From: Octopus sinensis
Lineage: Eukaryota
Direction of reading: 5' to 3'
Assembly (NCBI RefSeq): GCF_006345805.1
Contig: NC_043002.1
Coordinates: 7,192,001-7,256,000 of the forward strand
DNA length: 64,000 nt
Made by a program: the position numbers and the translations under genes. The notes under the pieces are model-generated. The model had not been told where the DNA came from, searched no databases, and was given only the letters and a program-made list of their open reading frames with translations. Shown piece after piece: positions 52,881 through 64,000 of the stretch; the stretch's first letter is position 1; the number at the start of each line of letters is the position of its first letter.

Positions 52881-54477
52881 CGTATTCTAATTGAATAGCT
52901 AGATAAATACATATATGTTAACTAACCTATGAAACGTCAGTCAGACAGAAACAGTGGCTGCATTTTTTCTATGTAAATTTAGGAGTCGAATTTTTCCACT
53001 AACCAGAAAAAAATTATAATTAAAAAAATAAATCAATCATTAAATCAATTTATTAAATTAAATGAAAATCGATTCAATATTCTTTTTTTTTTTTTTTTTT
53101 CCTTTTCATTCTCTATTTTCGACTGAAACTACGAAAGTTTAGTGGGTGGAAATAGAGAGATTTCAGCTGTTTATACGAATTAGGCGATTTCAATCACGCT
53201 TGGATGGAAGGCACGTGCAAAGTTGTTGCTGGCAGTTCTTATGGGGGTATAAAATTAAGTTGTGCTTCTTAAGTAAGCGCTCATCCATAGCATATTTTCG
53301 ACAGCAGTACAAACAGGTTCATAAAAGCAGTAGGACTTGAAATAAATAAATGAATAAGTATATAAACAATAAAATATAAACCACATGCATGAGAATGTAT
53401 GCATACATACACCATGCACAGAGTACTATTATTTGTATTACACACATCATAAAATATACATGCATGCACACACACACACACAATTTAAGAACCGCTTCAT
53501 ATATATTCCAAGATGAAGTTCAGAAAATTTTGATGGGCGGAGTTTGATAAGAATTAGTGCCATATTTCTTTCTCAATATATTTTTTAAATGAGATTATCA
53601 AAGACAAAAAAACAAACAAAGAAAGAAAACGAGAACAATTTTATAAACTACAATCATCACAGATTCTGGTTACCAAATACCAGTAACTCAAGTCAACGAG
53701 TAATCCTCTATGAGTAAAAAATAGCAACTAATTATCCATCAGACCAAACCCTATCTAGGAAAAGTACATTGGATAATATAATCTCCAAAAATATCCGGCG
53801 TGGTCAAAGCTGGAATGCCTTTGGTTATACGTCTATAGAACTAGAGTTGCGTGAGCTTAAGAGCAACAAGAATTATAATTCTTGTTCATATACCAAATAA
53901 GTAGAAAATAACAAATCTCTACCAGTCACTAGATGGAGTACAATGTGCAAATTAATCGTAGATACATTTATCAAAAATCCTTTACACTAGATTTTTCCAG
54001 CTGAACCTATTGAAAGTCAATATGATCCCGGAAGTATTACAGTCAATCTCGAATGAACACCCAGTCATTTCAGTTATTTACGTAGACATTCCAGTCTTCT
54101 GTTTAGTGTATATCGTATATCTACAATATTAGTAGTATATTGTATATCTACTACTAGCCAATGTTTTCTTCATTTTTCTCTATAAAAGACGACAGGGTAC
54201 GGTTTGAAGAAAATTTGGTTGCATTATCTAGCGGACTAAGTAGTTGGTCCCTTGTTCTCTTGTCTGCTGCTTCTTGTTGCCGTTTTTTAACATAAGATTA
54301 GATCTGATCTAAGAGATTTAGGATCAAAAGACGTTCCAAAAGATTATCTAGATTTACTGTATATTCAATGTGTATTTCCATTTGTTTTAAATGGATGTAC
54401 ACAATGAATTCGAGGGAAATGTACCTGTTATATTGGAGGGGACAAATAACAACAATCAGAATCCCTTTAATGATTAT

Positions 54478-54615
54478 TCCTATTTCTTTACTACCCACAA
54501 GGGGCTAAACACAGAGAGGACAAACAAGGACAGGCAAACGGATTAAGTCGATTATATCCACCCCAATGCGTAACAGGTACTTATTTAATCGACCCCGAAA
54601 GGACGAAAGGCAGAC
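54478..54615 (-). mobile_element. 5'-truncated Meta-like SINE (tail plus part of core)
   Basis: cctatttctttactacccacaaggggctaaacacagagaggacaaacaagg...gaccccgaaaggacgaaaggca. A tail-only copy also lies at about 8928-8980 (+). Confidence 0.8.
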
Positions 54616-56389
54616 TATTCTTATGGCTCATATACTATGATGCAAAAAAAATTACTATTCATACTTTGAAAAAAACTAAGACAGAGAAAAAAGAAGCAAA
54701 TTCTAGAGAATTGAATCATTTGGAATTAGCTTCGTTCCCGCTTGGCAGTATTGTTTCTCCATCATTCATGGTGCCCCAACACTCACGTCAGGCATAAATA
54801 TTACAATGTTTTACTTTGTTCATTCACTCGAGTTACAAGACTGTACTCGGTCGCTCCACCTGCCAAACTATCCTGAAGACCCACAGTCTTTGATATACTG
54901 TGTCTGAATAAAAGAGGATATGGGTAAGACAGGAGTGCGTTTGAAAATAGCTCTGTTAAATCAGAACTTACATCTGACTACGTAGCATCACCAAAATCAA
55001 GAAGTGACAGAAAAGTTCATGATCGCAGCTATTTCTTCTAAAGTAGAAATCCTAGAATAGTAACAACAAAAGAAACTATATCTTATGTATTAAGATAATC
55101 GGACTTGTTTGCATGGTACTTCGCATCATTTTATGTGCTTGAACCCCCCATTTAGGGGGAATCCCTTCTTATTATTATTTTGTCCTATAATGTCATTATC
55201 CATTATCACTGCATCTTTATTACTTTGCACATTTTCATGTTCGTTATTTCTTTTGTATTACGTCTTTGTACTACCCAGAACGACTAGGGTCCTTGTGGCT
55301 AATAAATTAAGTTATTTTCATTGTTAGTAGTAGTAGTAGTAGTAGTAGTAGTATGAGGGTATTCTACAAATCCCCAAAATTCACTTGTCCTTTCTTTTGA
55401 ATAATTTTCATCACAAAGGCAGACTGTATCACCACCCACCCCACCCCGCTCCCCTACTTTCACTACTATCACATATTTACTACCTCCCACCGCAACCACG
55501 TCTACTGTCAACCCGACATCTCGACAGCTCCATTTCAATACCGAAGTGATACTCAGATGCAAACTGAGAGAAGAAAAAAGATAATATATGCAACCAAAGG
55601 ATAGAGACGAAAGTGCGATGAGAGGAAGATGCAATAATAATAATGATAATAATAATAACAACAATAAATGTTAATCAGATTAAGATATTGTTTACATAAC
55701 AGCATGATATCCATCACTTTCTCTCACTCTTTCTCACCCTCCTGCATTTATTTATTTATTTATTTATTCCTTTATTACAAACAGAAATAAAATATCAGAA
55801 GAAATGGGGTGACGTACAAAGCCCATGGCTAAAAGGAGACTAGAGTAAATTCTTTTTTTTTTTCCTGGGCGATACAGCTAACCTTCACGGTCCAGTGCGA
55901 TCAGATTCCGGTAATTCCCAGCTAACTCATCGAACAAATTGATATGACAACAAAGACCAGCATGAAAGTAGCGCGCGCATGCGTACATGTGTGTTTGTGT
56001 GAGTGTGCGCGCATACATACAAGAGGATGTCTCAGTGAAAGACGATGCACAAAAAGACAAAGAAAGAAGTTAGCGTTGATATTATGAATAATGAGAAAGA
56101 GCGAAATATAGTAAGGAAGAGAGAATGATCTGGTGAAGAAACGGTACGAGTGGACTGCGACAGACGATTTAATTTGCTTATAAAGTGCTTAAAAGAAAAG
56201 AAAATGGTAGAAATGGAATAGTTTCAGTTTTGTTTTTATCAAGCGCTATGAGTTCCGTCTGAATTATAGGAGAAATTCAATGTCATTGTAGCGAATAAGA
56301 CTGAGTAACAGACAATAATGCAGAGAAAAGAAAGACAAAAATTGGAGAAAAACAAGGTGGAAATTGTACAATTCCCGTAACTAGCTACC

Positions 56390-56789
56390 TATTTCTTTAC
56401 TACCCACAAGGGGCTAAACACAGAGGGGACAAACAAGGACAGACAAACGGCCCCAGTGTTTCACTGGTACTTAATTTATCGACCCCGAAAGGATGAAAGG
56501 CAAAGTCGACCTCGGCGGAATTTGAACTCAGAACATAAAGACAGACTAAATACCTATTTCTTTACTACACACAAGGGGCTAAACACAGAGAGGACAAATA
56601 AGGACAGACAAACGGATTAAGTCGATTATATCGACCCCAGTGTTTCACTGGTACTTAATTTATCGACCCCGAAAGTATGAAAGGCAAAGTTGACCTCGAC
56701 CGAATTTGAACTCAGAACGTAGCGGCAGACGAAATAGGGCTACGCATTTCGCCCGGTGTGCTAACGTTTCTACCAGCTGACCGCCTTTC
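56390..56789 (-). mobile_element. Dimeric SINE of the same family with 17-bp TSD
   Basis: Reverse complement of the 51.4-kb element. Flanked by tcccgtaactagctacc (56373-56389) and tcccgtaactaactacc (56790-56806). Confidence 0.88.
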
Positions 56790-58027
56790 TCCCGTAACTA
56801 ACTACCATTAATAAAGCAAAGCTTGTAGCCCCTGCATTGTTGTCGTTCGGTTCTTGTTCTAATCAGACCCTATCGACTTAAAATGAAGGATGCATTCAAG
56901 CGAAGGTATCCGAACTCGGTGATAGCGAAACATTTTAGTCCGACATGCCGATATGCAAATTTCTTAAATAATTCTGTCAATGAACGATCACTAGCATTTT
57001 GTATTTATGTTTTAGGTCTGTGTTAATAGATAAGAATTTTTATAACATGATATTGCAAGACGATTTATTTTCACCGTCCTTTGCATGTCACCTATGAATC
57101 CGTGATATATCGCTGCTGTCCTGCGTACTTTTGATTTCACCCCACTGTCCTAGGTACACAAAAGTATTTAATGGTTGTGTCCAGAGTTCGCTTTTTCATC
57201 GGTCTGCTCGACCAGGGTTGACATGAGCCTAAACAACAAGAACTGGGTCATTCCGAGTCAAAAATGCTATATTCCTAATACTAGCGCCTTTTTATTTTTT
57301 CTGTTTATTTTCTTAACTACATTTGGAACGGATAATGAAAACAGGGCTACTCATCGACTGAAAGGGAGAGGGGTTATGTATTTCTTTCAACCAATTACAT
57401 GAAGAGATATCGAGGTGAAACCTAAGAATAAATTACAAGCTATCAAAGCTATAATCAGATAAACTGCATTACGGCACCACTAAGGTCTACTCGTCTTTTA
57501 TCTTCTCCGTGACACCCTGAGATCTGATCTCACCGCAGAACCAACTTTTACTGCCAATGCAAGAGAGATGTCTTAATAACTTAGACATTTTCCCATCTCA
57601 GTTGTGCTTTAACACTTAAAGCAAGTTAAGGTTACACATACTACATATCAAACTGGCCTCTCTTCTTCCCAACTACATTTGATCTTCTACATTTATTGTA
57701 CCACCCGTTCGATATCATCATGCAATATTTATTATACGGTCTGTATTTTGTGCAGAGACTGAAGCCCTTTTGTTGCCAACGGAGATACATCTCTGGGTTA
57801 CATCTCGCACTAATTAGATCACTTAGGTAAAAGATACTATCATCAGTGTCATGTGAAATACATCGAACACATGCATGCGTGCATATATAGAGAAACACAC
57901 ACGAATTCGCGCCGCTGGCATAATAGGCTGATTGCATTGTGTACAAGCAGATAATCAGTGGATTGGCAAACTTTGATGAGCCGACTAATATAATTAATTG
58001 CTTATATATATGTATGTATGTTTGTAT

Positions 58028-58145
<118 letters not shown>

Positions 58146-59386
58146 TTCCATCTTACATTTGTGTACAGAAGTGACCTCCCTTACATTTAATGTAATTACT
58201 TAAAATGTTTGGGTTATTAATTTATCTCTGATTAATCACACGACTTCTCATATCACTGTAGTAAAAAGCAAAGCAAAATAGATGACGTTAAACTTTTCCC
58301 GAGGGTTGTTTTTAGTAGACGTTATCAAAAAATCACAAATGTTTTTGTCTCGAAGGTGACGTTTTCCATTTTGAAAATGGTAGAACGATCTAGTTACTAG
58401 TACTGAAGGTAACACAAACGAAACTGAAGTCCGAAACACCCATGCCACTCAACTGCAAACAGGCATCAGGGAACATGGGGACTCAGTTTTACAAAAGTTA
58501 AGCAGTGGGGATGTTGTGAGGGACGAAATACTTGCCTAGTTAATAGCATTGAGTTCAAATACTCTATTGGACCAGTGGTACATAGACTGGTCTTTGATCC
58601 TTAGATAAATATTCCTTAATCTTAGAAGATCACAAAGAGTATAAAAACTTATGTTCCAATTGATGGAACGGTAAAACTTGAAGAGAGTCGGGGAAAATGC
58701 CTTTGAAAATTGAGTGTATTTTGTGGAGGGAAATTTGAATGCTATTTTTAGCAGTCCAAAGAGCTGTGTAGAGGCGTTTATATATATTTTTATTAAACCA
58801 TTTGCTATTTCATTGGTGATGTTCGTTTGAGGCTTGGTTATCTTTATATTGGCTTATATGGTATGCTTGGGATTCTCTCGTCAATTAGTTTTAATGTTTA
58901 ATCGTAGTGGGTTGAAGGGAGAAACTTAGCTTCAAACCAATGAACGAACCGAAATACTTACAAAAGAGTGGACTCTGTTAAACACATCCCAAAGACCAGC
59001 CGGTGGTGTTAAATCGGGTGACGACGGCTTAAGTTTGCCGTTATAAGCTGCTATTCTTCTGACCATTAACGAACTGAAATGTGCGCGCGGGCATGAGTGT
59101 GTGTAAGTCTATGTATATTTATGAATAAGAGTGCGTTAATAGATAATTGGGGGATTTTTTTATGTCCATTCTTTTATAACTTGTCAATGGTACAAACTTA
59201 TTCATGAAGTCACTTGTATATAAGCACAGTAAAGTCTGTACAATTCTGTTGCAAGCTAGAAATGAGCGACTTAACCGCTCTTGTGTGTGCTTGAGCGGAA
59301 GCGTAAAATTAATGATCTATCTATCTATCTATCTATATATATATATATATATATATATCAGAAGTATACGTGCGTATGCATATGTG

Positions 59387-59449
<63 letters not shown>

Positions 59450-59899
59450 ATATATATACACACACATATATGTACTTATGTATCTAAAATTAGTATGCCC
59501 GCGACGACTTATTAATGAGTAGTAGTAGTAGTAGTAGTAGTATAGTTTAGTATTAAAAAAAAAAGATGTAAAACAAGCGGGTCAAATTAGGCATTGACCC
59601 ATAACTAGCTGGCACACTTTACGAATGAAAACACCTAACAACTATAAAGAAAGCTAATATTACAAGATACTAAATAAATAAATACAAATTTCCGAAGCTT
59701 AAACCCAACCTTCACCTCCCAACACATCCATAAAACGAAGCACACTTGCACACACTAGCACGCATACACACACACACACACACAAATTGTTACATTTCTT
59801 TCTTTCTTTCTTTCTTTCGCTGTACATGTTTCTTCCAAACAACAAGCTACGCCAAGTCTTTCAACACAAACAATACATATACTCATTCTTAAAGAAAAA

Positions 59900-59977
59900 A
59901 TATTTACATCATATATATATATATATATATATGTATATGCATGTGTGTATATATATATATATATGTGTGTGTGTGTA

Positions 59978-60023
<46 letters not shown>

Positions 60024-60051
60024 ATATATATAATATATATGTATGTGTATA

Positions 60052-60092
<41 letters not shown>

Positions 60093-60176
60093 TGTGTATA
60101 TATAATGTATATATATATATGTGTGTGTATATATATATGTATATATATATTATATATATGTATATATATATGTATG

Positions 60177-60209
<33 letters not shown>

Positions 60210-60560
60210 GTGTGTGTGTGTATATAATATATATATATGATATATATATATATATATATTAAAATAGTGTACATTTAAAAACAAAAGAAAACTACCCTTT
60301 AACAGGATGTATGTATGTGTGTGTGTGTATATATATATATATACACACACATATATACATATATATTATATATATATATATTATATATATATATACATAT
60401 ATATATAATATATATATATATCATATATAATACATATATATATATATATACATATATATATAATACATATATATATAATACATATATATATACATATATA
60501 TATACATACATATATATATAATATATATATATATATACATATATATATACATATATATAC

Positions 60561-60605
<45 letters not shown>
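59900..60605. repeat. Two compound (TA)/(TG)/(CA) microsatellite blocks
   Basis: Directly visible. Other pure tracts at about 6498-6600 (TA), 58030-58143 (CA then TA) and 5620-5705 (AAT/ATT). Confidence 0.95.
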
Positions 60606-60607
<2 letters not shown>

Positions 60608-61834
60608 AAAAATAATAAGCCACACCCGTACTTCCATTGCTAACATGGTTCCACTCGCACCTACCATGTCCACTTCACTTCTCATATCCGCTTCTTTCTT
60701 TATAGCGCTTTCACTCACGTTCTTGCTATCTATGTTTACCAATCTATCTGAGCATTGTCTATCGTTCTTCGCTTGTTAGACTTATTTTGATATGGCTTTT
60801 AATGTTGGTGTAACATTCCTTTGCATACCTCTCTGCGTTTATATATGTTACATTTTTTTGGTGTGTGTATGTGTGTACATGAGCATGAGTATACGATGGC
60901 TGCATACTTAAGACGTTAATTGCGCAAACACATAGCTTCAGGTTAAGTACCAAAGCACAGAACTCGAGCAATTGATTTGTACTATTGCCCCAGACTGGGC
61001 AATACTTGTGAAGGACTTTGATAGAGGGGAAAATTCACAGAAGCCCGTCTTACAGACACAGATTAAATTATATATCTTGTGTCAAATTCAAGATTAATTA
61101 GGCTTTAGCACACTGCTTTTTCTCTAGAATTGTCCCCCCCCCCGCCTCTGTTAATACAAGGGAGAAAACTCATACGGTGATATGATGCACCCACAGTATA
61201 CTAAAGGTTAAAATTGATGGTATTGTCAAAGAGTTTTGGTTGAAGCAAATCCAGATACCGATTTTGAGATATACTAAAATGTACTTATACTTTTGAGATA
61301 TACTAAGTATACTTATAAATGCTTCCAGCATGTCACAGCTACACATTCAAAGTACCTGGCTGGTACTTTATTTTATCGATTTCGAATGGATAAAGTTTGG
61401 CTTCAGCAGTATTTGAGCGCTAAGGACCGGAATAAATACAACATAATTTTCTTCGACGCTCTAAATGCTCTGCCAATCAAACTGCTGCTAATTTCTAATT
61501 GAGTCAGAGATCCAACAATTTTTTAAAAGATGGAGTTAAGTCGATTACAATACATCGTTCCCAGTATTTGGCTGCTTCTGTATTCTAGTAAGCTCAAAAG
61601 TATGAAAGACAGGTTGATTTCTTGGGATGTGAAAATAGGACTTAAAACACCGTAATATAAAACCGTAAAACATTTTGATCGACGCTTTAGCAGTTCTGTC
61701 AAGTCACTACCCCTAAAATTGCTAATAATAGCAAGGTGTATTCATAAAGAGAGGAAGGGAAGAGAGAGAGGACGCAGATAGAGAGAGATTAAATGTGTAT
61801 GGTGGTATATATACTATGGTTATGTGCAGATATT

Positions 61835-62353
61835 GAAGATATAAGCTATTGGGAAAGACTCAAAAGATTAAGACTCTATTCCTTAGAGCGTAGGCGAGAA
61901 AGATATGCTATGACACATCTAGAAGATCCTAGATGGACTTGTCCCAAACTTTGGCATCGAGAGTTACACAAATACTAGAACTAGGCGCCACTGCATAGTG
62001 CCAAGGACTCCAAATTTGCCATCAAGATGTAGGACAAGATACTGCGATAGCCTGGGCTTCAGAGGTCCACAGCTCTTCAATATCCTCCCGAAAGACCTGT
62101 GAGACCTTCATGGGGTGGATGCAGATGTCTTCAAAATAAAGCTGGACCTCTTCCTGTTAGGTGTCCCAGATGAACCAACTTAACGACAGGAGGTTCAGAT
62201 GAGGGCAGCTGCATCAAACTATCTCATGCATCAAATGTCGATTGCTAAAAAGCATTCGTGAAGTAAAATCATGTAGCAACACCGAATGGCGGTGCCCCAG
62301 CATGGCCACAGCTCGTGAGCTGAAACTAGGTGAAGTGAAATGAAAAAATGAAA
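61835..62353 (+). mobile_element. Degenerate CR1/L2-group LINE 3' end with 3' UTR and (TGAAA)-like tail
   Basis: EDISYWERLKRLRLYSLERRRERY, then after a frameshift KILDGLVPNFG...GPQLFNILPKDL*DLHGVDADVFKIKLDLFLLGVPDEP. Contains stops and frameshifts. Confidence 0.85.
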
Positions 62354-63328
62354 TATATGCTTGTCGCGACAAGGGAACATATGTTTAGGCATCCTATATT
62401 CAAGAAACAAGAGACAAGTCTCTCTCAAATCAAGTACCACTCTCCTAAGCAAAAGTTCCAATGTGCTAACGGGGGTAACGCTATACGGCCACTCGAATCG
62501 TAGAAATAGCCAATACCCGCTGAAGAACACCATAATGCATTCAATAATTTAAGATAAGACCACACTATTGTTGAGAATGAAATAGGAAGGTCATAGCTGG
62601 AACGTCTGATCATTCGTTTTCCCGATGAGAGATATCTTGAGCTAAACAACACCAGCAATGGACAAGTAGTTGAAATTACCTATAAAATAAAGGTTTATGC
62701 TTTTGACTATGGGTTAGCTTAATTAAGGAACTAAAAAACCAACAATAATCACCGCAACGCGCGTGCATGCATGCGTGTGTCTGTGTGTGTGTGTGTGTAA
62801 AGAGATATGGGAAAGCGTCAATAAGAAAACATTCACACACGCGCGCAAGAGAGAGAGAGAAAATCAGAAAGAAAAACAAAGGAAGCACTATTTGATGACA
62901 AACGTAAACAAGATGAGACTATTTAGTTAAAAGATACAAAACGAGTAAAGGAAAGCAAAACAGTAACAAGATAGCAGAAGATATGACGATGGGTGCGAGA
63001 AAGTGAGAATGAAATGATGAAAGCTGAGGTGGTAGCAGTAATACAGGAGTGGGAGGAGGAGGAGGAGACGGGGGGAAATAAAATCTCCTGGCACGTGCGG
63101 GCTTTAAATTTCAAACTGGAGAGAAAGGGTTATGATCTTATCTCATCTCATCCCATTCTCTCTCTCTGTCTCTTTATCTCTCTCTCCTTCTCTCTCTGTC
63201 TCTTTCTATCTATCTATCAATTTGTCTACGATAGAGGTAGATAGATCTATCTATTCCTATCGTATTAAGATAAAGCACTTTCATCGGTCCTGCTGTTTGT
63301 CCCCTTGTTTTATCAGGTGACAGAAGAA

Positions 63329-63366
<38 letters not shown>

Positions 63367-64000
63367 GGACTAGCATAAGCAGAACAAGGAAAAAATTCCA
63401 TTATAATATTAACCTGGTTTTTCTTTTGTTTGTATGTTTGTTTGATTTAGATTTTTTTTTTTACTTTCATATTAATAATATCAAGCAGCTGAGGAGAGAG
63501 TTATCTGATAAACATTTGAGGAGTGCATCATAATACAGAGATACACAAATTTGGTGGTGGAGGGGGATCCCTTGAACAGATATAACATTGAGAAAACATG
63601 ACGAAATATGGTCGACTTGAGCTGGCAAACTCATACGAAGGAAGACACTAGACGTGGCTGTTTCATTTGTATAGTATTTATTGTATAGCGGACGGTGTTT
63701 TCTTTGCATTCCAGTCAGATCAATGTATCCAAATATTGTTCTAAAATATAACACAATTGAGTCTCTCCATTTTCACTCCATCAACACTGTCATCTCTTAC
63801 ACGCCGAGAACAATACAAAATTGTTTTGCTTGATAATTTCTCCCACATCACTCCACCGAAAGATCAATAAACTCAACTATTTAAAGCCAAAGAAAATTCG
63901 TTCTTAAACTACCTTAAGTCGATTTCTCCCAAATATGTTTAACAAAACAGCTATAATAAAGTTTACAACTGGGGCATGTAATCATAGACACACGCTGGTG

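Noticed and set aside
57641-58000. Non-repetitive part of the 166-aa minus-strand ORF
   Set aside because: Starts in a microsatellite, has no octapeptide or paired-box similarity, and has weak splice signals.
60610-60742. Protein-like stretch [37 protein letters not shown] as a possible upstream exon
   Set aside because: No polypyrimidine acceptor, only weak donors, and no Pax motif. The annotated start is TTG and the ORF runs on into a microsatellite.

Overview
AT-rich, microsatellite- and SINE-dense animal genomic DNA. The repeat families look like those of Octopus or another coleoid cephalopod; this is recalled, not searched. Most ORFs in the supplied track are microsatellite or low-complexity artefacts. 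By hand I could splice a multi-exon gene on the minus strand: exons 41160-41212, 35452-35713, 23883-24089 and 14904-15008, all GT-AG, with phases 1-0-1-1-1 and no internal stop. The product is Ser/Thr/Pro-rich and resembles the part of Pax2/5/8 downstream of the octapeptide (VPNGH, SIKQE, LTELKPV, LPSFGQF). I did not find the paired box or octapeptide, so they probably lie beyond position 64000. I also did not find the canonical Tyr-rich Pax2/5/8 tail. Instead, candidate exons at 10653-10684, 8175-8303 and 6054-6200 would give an unfamiliar C-terminus of about 100 aa. The introns contain tRNA-derived SINEs, including dimers flanked by target-site duplications, two CR1-group LINE 3' ends, an RLE (HERO-like) LINE remnant and a locally duplicated dead mariner. 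The most unusual structural signal is a set of five fold-back palindromes, mostly centred on microsatellites. I found no supportable prokaryotic-type system, CRISPR array, rRNA gene or intact tRNA gene.
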